DNA of 42,125 nucleotides from an uncultured Bacilli bacterium (GTDB taxonomy: Bacteria > Bacillota_I > Bacilli_A > RFN20 > CAG-826). The notes beneath the pieces are model-generated. The model saw nothing but the letters and a program-made list of their open reading frames with translations. It ran no database searches and was not told where the DNA came from. Both the position numbers and the translations under genes were made by a program. The stretch is taken from positions 96,602 through 138,726 of the forward strand of contig CAKPJO010000001.1 in assembly GCA_934162685.1 (NCBI GenBank). The letters run 5' to 3'. Below, piece after piece: positions 8,482-18,707 of this stretch (position 1 is the stretch's first letter; each line of letters begins with the position of its first letter).

Positions 8482-10455
8482 ATGGCTGAAACAAAAAAGA
8501 AAAAAGTCGGTAGACCGAAGAAGTCTGAAGTTGCAAAAGAAGAAATTGTCAATGAAACTCCTCAAAGACTTGAAATGTCTGAAAGACAAGAAGAATATAC
8601 AGTTGAAAGTGTAGGCAAGCAGTGGGCACAAGTTTTCAATACTTTGTTTAATAAATATGAAAGTGACAATTCAAGTGACGGTAAAAATTCTATTTCTAAA
8701 ACAATGGCACAATGGAATAAATTAAATCCTTTCTTGCAAAATCAAAGAATTAAAAATTTATATACTCAAGCCGCCACATATAATAAGCAAGATATTGGAA
8801 GATTCTTACAATCTCCAGGAGAAAATGAGCAAGCATTAAGAGGTATTGCTTGGTCTAATAGTAGTAGTCAATCTATATATTATAATATATTAAGAAGATC
8901 ATGTGATATTCCACAATATAAATATTTTGTCATTCCAGAATATAGTGAAAACGAAAAATTTTATAACGTAGATTCTTTTAAACAAGAAGATGCCTTGGTA
9001 CATTCGTGGTTAGAGATGTTTAATATTCCTAACACGTTTAAAACAATGGCGTTACAAATTAAAAGAGAAGGAAAACAATCGTATTTATTAAGAAATAGTT
9101 TTGAAGGTGAAGGCAAGCAAAAGAAGCCTTGCTATTGTGCTCTTCAAAAAATGCCAAGTGACTGGATAAAAATAACAGGAATTGGACAATTAGGATACAC
9201 TATTTCTTTCAATATGTTATATTTCTTAAATATTGCAAATTATCCATCATTTTTTGGAGATTTTATAGAAAATGCGTGGAAAGATATGATGACTCAAGGT
9301 GTTATTACAACATCTAAAAACGATATAGGCAATATTATAAAATATGATTTTTGTCCAGAGAAAGCAATGGGATATAGTTTTAATTATAAAGGAACCACAT
9401 ATTCCAGCACTTTTGAAAGTAATAAAAAAGGCAGAGCACAAGAATATTTATTCTGGTTGAAAATGCCTTATGATATATGTTATACATTTGGAAGTGATAA
9501 TTCTACTCCTTGGGCAGCTCCAGATACAATGGGATTGCTTCAAAAGTTACAAGAATTATCAGACTATGGTACATTAGCAGGATTAATTGCTAGTACTCCG
9601 TTAACAGCAGTTTTAACAGGTGAAATAGAAACAGTTAATGACCCAAAGCCAGGCAAGAACGAAAGTGTTTATAGTCCTGAAGTTATTAAAGGTATGCAAG
9701 ACTTGTTTAATGCAGTTACAAGTACTAACGTAGAGGCGTGGATGTGGCCTGCTAAAAATATTAAATTGCAACAATTAAACGCTGATGTTAACTCAAGTGA
9801 TATTGTTACAAAAGCTACGCAAAACTTTGTTGTCACAGCTGGAGATTCTGGTTTAACTATTACAACAGATAAGCCAAATGTATCTCAGATTAAGACAGCA
9901 CAATTATTAGCAGCGTCTCAACAAAGATATGTTACATTACAATTTGAGCAAGTAATGAATTTTATTTTAAAATATAAATTAGGGTTCAAATACGAATGGA
10001 AGATTAAAATTTGGGGAGATATATTTTCTTTTGAAAGCGAAAAGAAATATTTAAAGGAATTAGTTTCTGGCGGCGCAATATTCTTATTGCCAAAACTTGC
10101 TTCTGCAGAAGATATAAGCTTAAGAGATGTTAAAGCAATGACCAGTTATATTAAGACTTTAGATTTCTATAAAAATTTTGCAACATTAACAATGGAGCGT
10201 AATAGTGAATTAACAAAAAAAGCATCTGATGTTAAAGCGGACGATGAAGCCAAGAAAACAGGACAAGTCGGAAGACCAGCATTAGATGAAGATGAAATTG
10301 AAAATGACGCAACAGCGGCAAGCAGACAAGACGGAACTAATACAGTAGAAAATAGAGACACAATGAGCAAAAAGTGTCCTATATGTGGTGCTGAATTAGA
10401 AGAAGGTCAAATTGTTTGTGAAGAATGTGCAGAATTGATTAAAGAACAAGAATAA
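8482..10455 (+). CDS. portal protein (with C-terminal zinc ribbon)
   Basis: 657 aa with an AAGGAGG RBS. Both the position after terL and the size are typical of portals. The C-terminus carries CPICGAELEEGQIVCEEC. The call rests on synteny and size, not on a recognised motif. Confidence 0.65.
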   Translation: MAETKKKKVGRPKKSEVAKEEIVNETPQRLEMSERQEEYTVESVGKQWAQVFNTLFNKYESDNSSDGKNSISKTMAQWNKLNPFLQNQRIKNLYTQAATYNKQDIGRFLQSPGENEQALRGIAWSNSSSQSIYYNILRRSCDIPQYKYFVIPEYSENEKFYNVDSFKQEDALVHSWLEMFNIPNTFKTMALQIKREGKQSYLLRNSFEGEGKQKKPCYCALQKMPSDWIKITGIGQLGYTISFNMLYFLNIANYPSFFGDFIENAWKDMMTQGVITTSKNDIGNIIKYDFCPEKAMGYSFNYKGTTYSSTFESNKKGRAQEYLFWLKMPYDICYTFGSDNSTPWAAPDTMGLLQKLQELSDYGTLAGLIASTPLTAVLTGEIETVNDPKPGKNESVYSPEVIKGMQDLFNAVTSTNVEAWMWPAKNIKLQQLNADVNSSDIVTKATQNFVVTAGDSGLTITTDKPNVSQIKTAQLLAASQQRYVTLQFEQVMNFILKYKLGFKYEWKIKIWGDIFSFESEKKYLKELVSGGAIFLLPKLASAEDISLRDVKAMTSYIKTLDFYKNFATLTMERNSELTKKASDVKADDEAKKTGQVGRPALDEDEIENDATAASRQDGTNTVENRDTMSKKCPICGAELEEGQIVCEECAELIKEQE

Positions 10456-10821
10456 CGGTAGTAGTAGAATAAAATAAGGGTTTTATTTAAAGTAAAAATA
10501 GAAAAGGTTCCTGGTGTTCGTAAGGACTCGTGCTCCTCTCGAGGAGGTACTATATGTGTAGTCGACAATATCCTGCGGGGTATCTGTCTGAAGGGCTTTT
10601 TAAAAAAGCCCGTATGAGCTTTTCTTTTTTACTTTTTTTAAAAAATATAGGTTAATAAGAGAAAGATTATTTAGGAGTGTGGACTCCGTAAGGTGTCGCT
10701 CCACTTTGTGGGCTCTAAAAGAGCTGTAGGGTGTTATTTGAGGATAACTAACTTAACACTTCTCTAAATCTTTCTCTTTTAATTATTGTTGTAAAATAAT
10801 AAAAAAGGAGAATGAACTTGT
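10456..10821 (+). ncRNA. ORF-free structured intergenic region, candidate small ncRNA(s) or regulatory leader
   Basis: 366 nt without an ORF. There are two related GUAA-capped hairpins (10513-10529 and 10681-10697), a GGGCTTTTT/AAAAAGCCC hairpin (10593-10611) followed by a T-rich tract, and two nested long-range helices (10657-67/10768-78 and 10673-80/10756-63). Confidence 0.4.
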
Positions 10822-11319
10822 ATGCTAATGGACAAAAGAACAGAAGAATCTTTGAATCGTTTACTTCAAGAGTTGTTTGATGGCAATGCAATTGTAGATA
10901 ATCTAGTATATAATTTAATTTATAATGGATATAATGAATTAGGTGAAGCTATTCATAAACCAGTTGCACACAAATTGCCAGAATGGGCTGATAGTATAAG
11001 TGATTTAATAGATCAAATGGGTGGTCGTTCTAAGAGATATGGTTTAGAAGACCATAAAGACGATATTAAAGAAGTAAAAGATGTTTTTAAAGAATTAAAT
11101 AATTATTTTTTAAGACTTCGTGAAATAGTAAATAAAATAATTGAAGATGTAGATATGGTAGGAGATGCTGAAGTTCGCATTTTCTTGGAGGATTTTTTAA
11201 ACAAAATGGTTATGCCATATGTTAGACAATCCGAAGAATGGGAAAAAGCTTCTGAAAGACTTAGTGCAGATACGTTTAATATTCATATTAAAGAATACAC
11301 TCATTATATAAAAGATTAA
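10822..11319 (+). CDS. hypothetical helical protein (weak Dps/ferritin-like pattern)
   Basis: 165 aa with an AAGGAG RBS. The segments LNRLLQELF..., ...SISDLIDQMGGRS... and ...DAEVRIFLEDFLNKM... follow the layout of Dps four-helix bundles. This is pattern-level only. Confidence 0.5.
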   Translation: MLMDKRTEESLNRLLQELFDGNAIVDNLVYNLIYNGYNELGEAIHKPVAHKLPEWADSISDLIDQMGGRSKRYGLEDHKDDIKEVKDVFKELNNYFLRLREIVNKIIEDVDMVGDAEVRIFLEDFLNKMVMPYVRQSEEWEKASERLSADTFNIHIKEYTHYIKD

Positions 11320-11334
11320 TGTAGGTGATTAAAT

Positions 11335-12174
11335 ATGATATGGTTAGATAGTATAGCAACTACAGAATGGGTGAAGTATGGAGTAGAGGGAGCAATATTT
11401 TTAATTGCTATTGCTATTCTTTCGGTTTTTACTTATCGTATAAAAAAACAAGTTGACGAAAATATAAAAAGAAGTGATGCTCAAGAAGCACGTGTAACAG
11501 AAAGACAAAGAGCAGTCGATGAACAATTGCAACAAATCATTGCACTTGTGAGCCACATTCAAGATGAAAGAAATGATAGAAGTCACAAAGCAAAAGAAGA
11601 AGAAAAAAGTCGAAAAATAGACAATTATATTGTAGATCAATTACAAGGATTATTGGTTGATTTACATTGTGCGAGAACATATTACGTTTGTTATCATAAT
11701 GGCTCTTGGAGTAATAACGGAATGAGTTTGCAAAAAATGTCAATTTCTGCGGAACGAACAAATTTAGCTGTTACAAGTATCACAAAAGAACTACAACAAA
11801 TGCCAAGGTCTTTTTTGATGTATTTTGATAAACAATTAGTTGAAAACAATAGAATTTTTTGTTCAGATGTTACAGATTTAGAGCAAAAAGATACAATGTC
11901 TTACAATTGGTTGCACAGTCATCAATGTACAAAAATAGCAATTGTTGGAATAAGAGACGAATATCATAAATATTTGATAGGATTTGTAGTGGCCGAATAT
12001 AGTGAGCAATATCCACCTTTGGCAGATATGAGTGATAAGAAAATCGAGTTGCAAGTTAGTAAAGCAGCCGAAAGAATGTCTGGAGCTTTACAGGTTGTTA
12101 AAAGAAAAGAAGAAAATCAAGAAAATACAGTAGAACAAGTAACAATACAAGGAGGCGAAGCAAATGACAAATAA
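11335..12174 (+). CDS. membrane-anchored hypothetical protein
   Basis: 279 aa. N-terminal hydrophobic helix (GVEGAIFLIAIAILSVFTY) followed by a charged coiled region. Confidence 0.55.
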   Translation: MIWLDSIATTEWVKYGVEGAIFLIAIAILSVFTYRIKKQVDENIKRSDAQEARVTERQRAVDEQLQQIIALVSHIQDERNDRSHKAKEEEKSRKIDNYIVDQLQGLLVDLHCARTYYVCYHNGSWSNNGMSLQKMSISAERTNLAVTSITKELQQMPRSFLMYFDKQLVENNRIFCSDVTDLEQKDTMSYNWLHSHQCTKIAIVGIRDEYHKYLIGFVVAEYSEQYPPLADMSDKKIELQVSKAAERMSGALQVVKRKEENQENTVEQVTIQGGEANDK

Positions 12175-13840
12175 TAGAAAATTATGTTTCGATATTAATA
12201 CAGATAACATAAAAATAAAAAAATTATTAAAACGTGATTTTTTAGAATTATCTATGAAGGTTATTAGTGATGCTAATCCAAATAATAATGGTTCATGGTT
12301 CACAGTAGAATCAATGCAAAAAGCTTTGCCAACATTTAAAAACAAACCAATTTTAGGTTATTTTAACAATGGTGATTTTGTAAGTCATAATGGCGAGTGG
12401 AAAAAAGACACAGAAACTAATATGGAATATTGGGACATTTTAGGGAATCAAGGTGAACGAATATTAGGTTTAATTAGATGTGAAGATGATGTTAAAATTG
12501 AAAAAAATTCAGAAGATGGACTTAACTGGATCACATTAACTTGTGCATTATGGGTACAATATTCATATAAGCAAGTAAAAAGATTATTAAAAGATGCATT
12601 GTCCGCCAAGAAAAATGGTGGCCCTACTAAAAATGTTTCGGTCGAGATTGATATTTTAGACGGAGAAGAATTAGAAAACGGAGTCTATAAAATCAAAGAA
12701 TTTAATTTAGTGGGTATTACTATATTAGGAAGCAGAAATGGAATAAAAGTACAACCAGGTATTGAAAACGCAGAATTGTCTGTGGTTGACATGATGGATA
12801 AAGAAATGTTCGATAAACAAGCTAACGCTATTAGAATGGCATATAGTAAGTTAGATGAAAACGAAAATACAGAAGAAAAAGGAGGCGAAACTTTAATGGA
12901 ATTAAAAGAAGAGAATTCTGAGATTCTTGCCGAAGAACAAAAAATAGAAACTCCTGTAGAAGAAGGAGCTTCGAAAGAAGCTTTTGAAGAAAAATCAGAA
13001 GACGATAAAAAAGAAAATAAAGAAGGTAAAGAAGAAGAACCTAAAAAATATGATGTAGAAGAAGATGTAGAAGAAGTTGAAGAGAGAGAGACATATAAAA
13101 TACCTGATTCAGGTATAAGAGATATGACTTGGTATTTACAAGATATAAATGGATCAATTGCTGGTTCAGAAGATTTTAAAAAATCTTTAGAGGAAGGATA
13201 TGTTGCTGTAGATCATAAAGATTTAGTATTAAAGATTTTAAATAGATATATTCTTATGATGAAAGCAATTCGGCAAGATTTAATTGCTGCAATTGCAGAA
13301 TTATCTGAAGAAAATTTAAAAGACGCATTAGAATTAGAAGATTCATTATCACAATATGAAGATTCAAAATGTTTATTGTCTCATTGTAAAGACTTAGAAG
13401 CAAATTGTAAAGAATTAGAAATGAGTTGTAAAGATTATGAAGGTAAATGTGGAGAATTAGAACAAGAATGTAAGACATTTAAAGAACGTTGTGAAAAAGC
13501 TGAATGTGCTAATAAAGAATATGAACATAAAGAATATATGAAAAATGTTAAAGAAATGTTATCACATGCTAGTTTAATAGATGAAGAAAGTAAAAAATCA
13601 TTATATGAAAAATGTGAAAATAGTGAAATTAACACATTAGATGATTTAAAGGTTCAAATAGGAATTGCAATGTTTAATGTTGCAAGTAAAAATCCTGTAG
13701 AACCTACTACAAAGGTTAATGCTACATTTGCTGCTCCTGTCGATAAGACTCCTAATATTGTCGTTGATTCAGCCGAAGGATCAAAGAAAAAAGGCAATAA
13801 GAACAGTTGGGATATTCTCGACGAGTATGCAGGAAAATAG
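12164..13840 (+). CDS. prohead protease/scaffolding-type protein (XkdF-like N-terminus, acidic and coiled-coil C-terminal half)
   Basis: 558 aa located between portal and capsid. The N-terminal domain resembles XkdF/DUF2213-type prohead proteins. An acidic low-complexity block follows, then a Cys-heptad coiled coil. The gene order mirrors lambda C/Nu3-D-E. Confidence 0.5.
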   Translation: MTNNRKLCFDINTDNIKIKKLLKRDFLELSMKVISDANPNNNGSWFTVESMQKALPTFKNKPILGYFNNGDFVSHNGEWKKDTETNMEYWDILGNQGERILGLIRCEDDVKIEKNSEDGLNWITLTCALWVQYSYKQVKRLLKDALSAKKNGGPTKNVSVEIDILDGEELENGVYKIKEFNLVGITILGSRNGIKVQPGIENAELSVVDMMDKEMFDKQANAIRMAYSKLDENENTEEKGGETLMELKEENSEILAEEQKIETPVEEGASKEAFEEKSEDDKKENKEGKEEEPKKYDVEEDVEEVEERETYKIPDSGIRDMTWYLQDINGSIAGSEDFKKSLEEGYVAVDHKDLVLKILNRYILMMKAIRQDLIAAIAELSEENLKDALELEDSLSQYEDSKCLLSHCKDLEANCKELEMSCKDYEGKCGELEQECKTFKERCEKAECANKEYEHKEYMKNVKEMLSHASLIDEESKKSLYEKCENSEINTLDDLKVQIGIAMFNVASKNPVEPTTKVNATFAAPVDKTPNIVVDSAEGSKKKGNKNSWDILDEYAGK

Positions 13841-13878
13841 TATTTATACATTAAAATTTAAAAGGAGATCACAAAAAT

Positions 13879-14430
13879 ATGAAAAATACATTTAAAGAAG
13901 GCAAGATGTTAAGCAATGTTGCTGATAGCTATCTTGCAAATGCAATTTTTAAAGCTGAAGATGCTGAAGCTCCAGTTATGGATGGTGCTTTAGTAGTTCT
14001 TGGTGATTTAATTAAAGATACAACTTATGCAGCTGACGGTGTTGAATATGATACATATGAAGCAAAAGCTCCAGAAGCAGCAGACAATGAAGTTGTAATT
14101 GTAGACTATGCTGGTATTTCTCAAGGAAACATTATGGGCAATGTTTACAAAATGGGAAGTAAATTATACGGATTAACAGCTCCAGCAGGAGAAATCGTAC
14201 GTGTTCGTAGATTAGCTTTACATGATAAATTCTGGTTAGGAGAAGGCAACTTTGAAGGTACTCCAGTTATTGGACAATATGCTATTGCTACTGCCAATAA
14301 AGTAACTCATACTCCAAATGCTGCAAAGCAAGACGGACAATACTGTGTTAAAATCATTGATTCTAAAGATTTCACAGTTGGTATGAAAAACAACGGAAAA
14401 CTTTACCTTTGTGAAGTTGTTGCTCTATAA
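13879..14430 (+). CDS. head decoration-like protein
   Basis: 183 aa, Ala/Gly/Val-rich and locally GC-richer, as expected for a highly expressed gene. It lies immediately upstream of the capsid gene, as lambda D does relative to E. Confidence 0.45.
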   Translation: MKNTFKEGKMLSNVADSYLANAIFKAEDAEAPVMDGALVVLGDLIKDTTYAADGVEYDTYEAKAPEAADNEVVIVDYAGISQGNIMGNVYKMGSKLYGLTAPAGEIVRVRRLALHDKFWLGEGNFEGTPVIGQYAIATANKVTHTPNAAKQDGQYCVKIIDSKDFTVGMKNNGKLYLCEVVAL

Positions 14431-14453
14431 TCAAAGGGGAGGAATTAGAAACT

Positions 14454-15542
14454 ATGAAAAGATATTTTGAATATAACAGAACAGCAGATGAAGTTTTCAA
14501 TGGCATCGTTGATTCCGCTCTTGAATTAGCTCGTGAATCTTACGAAGGTAAGAAATCATCTGATTATAAAGAAAAAAATAAAAAATTAGTTTTTGCTATG
14601 GGTCAAAAGATGGCAGAAGGTACAATGTATGCTGCTAAATATACAGCAGAAGGCAATGCAATGTACAAAGAACCAATGGTTAGAAAAAATACCTCTATTA
14701 GAGAAAATTTCGAAGCTATTTTAGCTCAAGTAGTTGGTGCGATCGTTCCAGAAGTTTTCAATGAAGAATTCTCTGATTTCATCGCAGAAACACACCAAGT
14801 TGGTTTTGGTGATACAGCAAGATTCAAAATTGAATCAAATGATTTATTCAAAGTAAATCGTAAGGCTGAAGGCGTTCGTAAAGGCGTTGATCAACCAATG
14901 TTCGATGATGAAATCACTGTAAATGCTTCTCCAATCGAAATTTCAACAGCAATCGACTGGTATCCATTTGCTGCTGGTGAATTCGATATGGGTAATTTTG
15001 GTGCTAAAATTGGTCGTTCTTTCGCAGCTTATATTTTCTTAAAAGTTGTTAAAGGTATGACACAAGCTGCTACTGAATTTGGTGCTGCTTACACAGTTAA
15101 TGGTGTTACTCCACAATTATTCGGTACATTAAGAGATAGAGTTCGTGCTGCTAACGGCGGAATGGAAGTTGTTGCTATTGGTACAGCTGTAGCTCTTGCT
15201 AGTGTTTCTTTACAAGGAAACTTCCAAGTTGAAATTGGTGAAGAAATGAATAAAGTTGGTTACTTAGATCAATATTTAGGTGTACCACTTATTGGATTAA
15301 AGAATGTTTTAGTTCCAGGAACAACAAACGGAAGTGCTACTTTAGCATTAGACGACAAGAAAATTTATTTAGTTCCAGTTGCAGGTTCTAGACCAGTTAA
15401 AGTTGTATTTGAAGGCAATGAAATTTCTATTTCATTTGATACTAAAGATACAGCTGACAGACGTATGGGTCTTACTGTAGAATTACGTGTTGGTATCGGC
15501 CTTGTTGCAGGTTCTAAATACGGTTTAATTAATCTTCAATAA
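14454..15542 (+). CDS. major capsid protein
   Basis: 362 aa with a GGGGAGG RBS and the composition of an abundant structural protein. A strong terminator follows. Position and size fit an E-like/HK97-fold major capsid protein. Confidence 0.7.
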   Translation: MKRYFEYNRTADEVFNGIVDSALELARESYEGKKSSDYKEKNKKLVFAMGQKMAEGTMYAAKYTAEGNAMYKEPMVRKNTSIRENFEAILAQVVGAIVPEVFNEEFSDFIAETHQVGFGDTARFKIESNDLFKVNRKAEGVRKGVDQPMFDDEITVNASPIEISTAIDWYPFAAGEFDMGNFGAKIGRSFAAYIFLKVVKGMTQAATEFGAAYTVNGVTPQLFGTLRDRVRAANGGMEVVAIGTAVALASVSLQGNFQVEIGEEMNKVGYLDQYLGVPLIGLKNVLVPGTTNGSATLALDDKKIYLVPVAGSRPVKVVFEGNEISISFDTKDTADRRMGLTVELRVGIGLVAGSKYGLINLQ

Positions 15543-15574
15543 TTAATTAAATAATAGAAATTTGTTTAAAGTAT

Positions 15575-15604
15575 AGGGGTTGCTTACGAGTAGCCCCTTC
15601 TTTT
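15575..15604 (+). terminator. rho-independent terminator after the capsid gene
   Basis: AGGGGTTGCT tacg AGTAGCCCCT forms a 10-bp stem (with G.U pairs), followed by TCTTTT. Confidence 0.7.
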
Positions 15605-15657
15605 AATTTAAAAAATAAGAACATCATAGTTCTTGAGGTAAAAGGAGAAATTTAAAA

Positions 15658-16329
15658 ATGACAGCTAAAAAAACTACTAATACTATAGAAGAAGAAGTAT
15701 CCGAAACAGTTGATAATTCGGTTGAACAAGAAAATAAAGCTTTAAAAGAAACTTTATCACAATATCAAAATATTATTACACAAATGCAATCCACTATTGC
15801 AAATTTACAAGGTATGATGAAAAATTCTGGACCAAGTATGAGTTCAGAGGTTACTTTAGTATATTTATCAGAATCATTAGGTGTTGTATCTATTGATGGT
15901 TTAACATTAAATTGTTCTAGATATGGTGAACAATTTCAAGTATCAAGAATTCAATTCGACCAAATTGTTGGTAAATATAGAAAATGGTTTGATGATGGCA
16001 TTTTAGCAGTTGGTGATAATTGTGTTGATGTTGCGGCAGCTAAAGACATTAAGACAGAATCTGAATATGTATTAAATGCAAAAATTTTAAATTCTATTGG
16101 CAAAATGACAGCGAGTGAATTATCAAAGTTGTGGGATAAATTAACTACACCAGAAGAGAGAAATAGTGTGGTTTTGCACGTAAAACACAAACTTATTGAA
16201 GGCGATCCAGTATATAAAGATAGAGAAAAAATAGATTTATTAAATAGATTAACTAATGGTGGTTTTACGAGAGAACAAATTGAATTATCAGGAATGAATA
16301 CAAAATATCAACCACAATCTCTTATTTAA
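15658..16329 (+). CDS. hypothetical virion-module protein
   Basis: 223 aa with an AAGGAG RBS. No family recognised. Confidence 0.55.
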   Translation: MTAKKTTNTIEEEVSETVDNSVEQENKALKETLSQYQNIITQMQSTIANLQGMMKNSGPSMSSEVTLVYLSESLGVVSIDGLTLNCSRYGEQFQVSRIQFDQIVGKYRKWFDDGILAVGDNCVDVAAAKDIKTESEYVLNAKILNSIGKMTASELSKLWDKLTTPEERNSVVLHVKHKLIEGDPVYKDREKIDLLNRLTNGGFTREQIELSGMNTKYQPQSLI

Positions 16330-16373
16330 TTGGAGATAGTTAATACGTTCTAAAAGTTAGGGAGGAATCAAAA

Positions 16374-17069
16374 ATGATTATTTTGTTTAGTGATATTATT
16401 AGTAAGGCGATTAATCTTTTTGATGATCCCGACATTAGATGGTTATATGCAAATGATCCAGCAGGATGTATGCAATTTATGAGACCTTATGTTTTAACAG
16501 CAAAAGATCTTTTTTCATATCCGACAGCGATAGCAGACCGTTTATCGGTTTATACTAGCGACGAAGGAAAAACAGAGGAAATTGATGGTGAAAACACAGA
16601 CACTTATGTGTTAAGTACCACTCCTACGGCGGATGCTGTATTTTCTTATAAAATAGGCAAAGAATTTGTTCAAGGAACATATGACCGTTCCACAAATTCT
16701 GTTACTTTTCCAAGAGAAATTGCAGAAAACGAAACCTGTACGGTTACTTGGTACTATGCTGGCGCTTTTACTGGTAATTTTGGTAATATGTTTAGAAGCG
16801 ATTTTCCAGTTGCTCCTATTATAGAAAAAATTAAAAACATATTAGTTTATGGAACATTATCAGCGTGGGGCGAAAATGAAAAAAACAGAGCATTAGAAAT
16901 CCGTAATCTGTTCTCGGATTCTGATTTAGGTTTTTATTCACCAGCGAGTTCGGCAAAAGCAAAAGTGGACTGGCATAATCAAATGAATCGTGATATGGAC
17001 ACCTTGGTTGTTGAATTGTCTTGGCGCTTTATGTCTACGCCACAAGGAGGTTCTCGTTTTGGAAAATAA
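16374..17069 (+). CDS. hypothetical head-tail connector-region protein
   Basis: 231 aa with a GGGAGG RBS. The assignment is positional only. Confidence 0.55.
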   Translation: MIILFSDIISKAINLFDDPDIRWLYANDPAGCMQFMRPYVLTAKDLFSYPTAIADRLSVYTSDEGKTEEIDGENTDTYVLSTTPTADAVFSYKIGKEFVQGTYDRSTNSVTFPREIAENETCTVTWYYAGAFTGNFGNMFRSDFPVAPIIEKIKNILVYGTLSAWGENEKNRALEIRNLFSDSDLGFYSPASSAKAKVDWHNQMNRDMDTLVVELSWRFMSTPQGGSRFGK

Positions 17070-17391
17070 TGAAAAAATAGACTCTATGTGCTTATCTTCT
17101 AAAGCGAAGAAAGAATGTTATATTAACATAAGAAGTCAAGTTATTAAATTATTATATATGATTGAAGATGAACAAAAAGGCATATGTGCCGCAGATTTGT
17201 GGTTTTATGGTTTTATGTTTGAATTGTTATCGGCAAATGATTTATGTGGCAACGAATTAACACGAGTTGTTGTGAAAATTCATGGTTTGTACGATAAAAA
17301 TAATTATAAAAATATGTCTCATTCTCAAATAAAAAAACAAATTATGGAATGTAAAGGCATTTTGGATCATTTAATTTCAGATATTAAATAG
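17059..17391 (+). CDS. hypothetical protein
   Basis: ORF 16990..17391. I prefer the TTG at 17059 because it lies 8 nt after AAGGAGG (17044-17050). An alternative ATG is at 17086. Confidence 0.45.
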   Translation: MENNEKIDSMCLSSKAKKECYINIRSQVIKLLYMIEDEQKGICAADLWFYGFMFELLSANDLCGNELTRVVVKIHGLYDKNNYKNMSHSQIKKQIMECKGILDHLISDIK

Positions 17392-17420
17392 CGTTATGTA
17401 GCGACAAGGAGGGTACAAAG

Positions 17421-18692
17421 ATGGCTAGAAAAGTTTCGAATATATCAAGTGCATCTACTCAACCTAATTTTTTGTTGTCCCAAACGCCAAAGAATTATGA
17501 TAAAAATAATTTTTATATAAAAGAATTACAAGATAAGGTGAATGCAGAATGGCCTTATCGTCCTAATAGAGTGGATGTTCAATATGAAGTCGACTGGGGA
17601 CAAAATAATTATGCAGATTTAGAAGTTATTGTTCAACAAGTTAAAACAGATAGAGGAACAGACGTTTCAAACGACTGTCGTAGATTTGTGTTTAAAGATA
17701 TTAGAGAAAAAAGATTTAATATTGGTAATAAATTCAAATTTTATCCTTTTTATACATCAGAAGATAATGATTACGAAACCTTTAAAGTGAAAAATAATAA
17801 AGGTAATTCAGATCCTCTATATGTCAGTGTTGAAAAATCAACTTATCCAATCACTAAAAAAATACCTTTTAAGGTTATTAGTGAGATTCAAAAAGATCAT
17901 CAAAATACGTGGTTGGTAACAAATTTTAATCAAATTAAAGTGACGAGTAGTGTAATCATAGAAAGATGTAATGGAACATTAGGTAGCGTTTATAGAGACG
18001 CCCAAGGTATTGCATATTATCACTATGAACCTGTTATTCAAGGAAGAGATTTGCAGTCGGTAAGTTTATACTATAACGAAACAGCCGTTTCTCCACAATC
18101 TGGATTAACAGTTATTGCTCAACATAATCAATATACAAAAACTTATCATGTGAACCAAAGATTTATTGTTGGATATGATAAAGTTTATAGAATTAAAGCG
18201 ATAAATAAATTTTATGGAAATACAACCAATGATCCTGAAAACATTGGGTTGATGAAAATATATTTAGAAGTAACAGAGACTTCGGAATATGATGATTTTA
18301 AAAGCAGAATTGCTTATCAAATGGAACCTTTTGTCCATATTGAAACAAAAAATCAAAAACAGTATGTTATTCGTTTCGAAGAACCTGCTCGCATAGAAGA
18401 TTCTCTTGGTACAGAGGTCGTCACTTTTGCTCCTGCTTTATATGATACTGAAGGAAATAAAGTGGAAAATGTACCTATTACAACAAATTGTTCTCTAATT
18501 GGATTACCAGAAGATGTTCCTTTTAATGTGTATGTAGATTTTAAACATTTAGAAGGTAATAAATTTTCGTTGCAGCGTAAAAGAATATATCTGAACGGTA
18601 ATTTGAAAGTGCAATGTGTTATTTACGCGGAAGACTCTCCAACAGGCAAGGAAATTTCTAGTGAATTTAGCTTAAATGTTGGTGGTATTTAA
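17421..18692 (+). CDS. hypothetical structural protein
   Basis: 423 aa with an AAGGAGGG RBS, located in the connector/tail module. Confidence 0.55.
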   Translation: MARKVSNISSASTQPNFLLSQTPKNYDKNNFYIKELQDKVNAEWPYRPNRVDVQYEVDWGQNNYADLEVIVQQVKTDRGTDVSNDCRRFVFKDIREKRFNIGNKFKFYPFYTSEDNDYETFKVKNNKGNSDPLYVSVEKSTYPITKKIPFKVISEIQKDHQNTWLVTNFNQIKVTSSVIIERCNGTLGSVYRDAQGIAYYHYEPVIQGRDLQSVSLYYNETAVSPQSGLTVIAQHNQYTKTYHVNQRFIVGYDKVYRIKAINKFYGNTTNDPENIGLMKIYLEVTETSEYDDFKSRIAYQMEPFVHIETKNQKQYVIRFEEPARIEDSLGTEVVTFAPALYDTEGNKVENVPITTNCSLIGLPEDVPFNVYVDFKHLEGNKFSLQRKRIYLNGNLKVQCVIYAEDSPTGKEISSEFSLNVGGI

Positions 18693-18707
18693 GAGAGGTA
18701 AAAGGAT

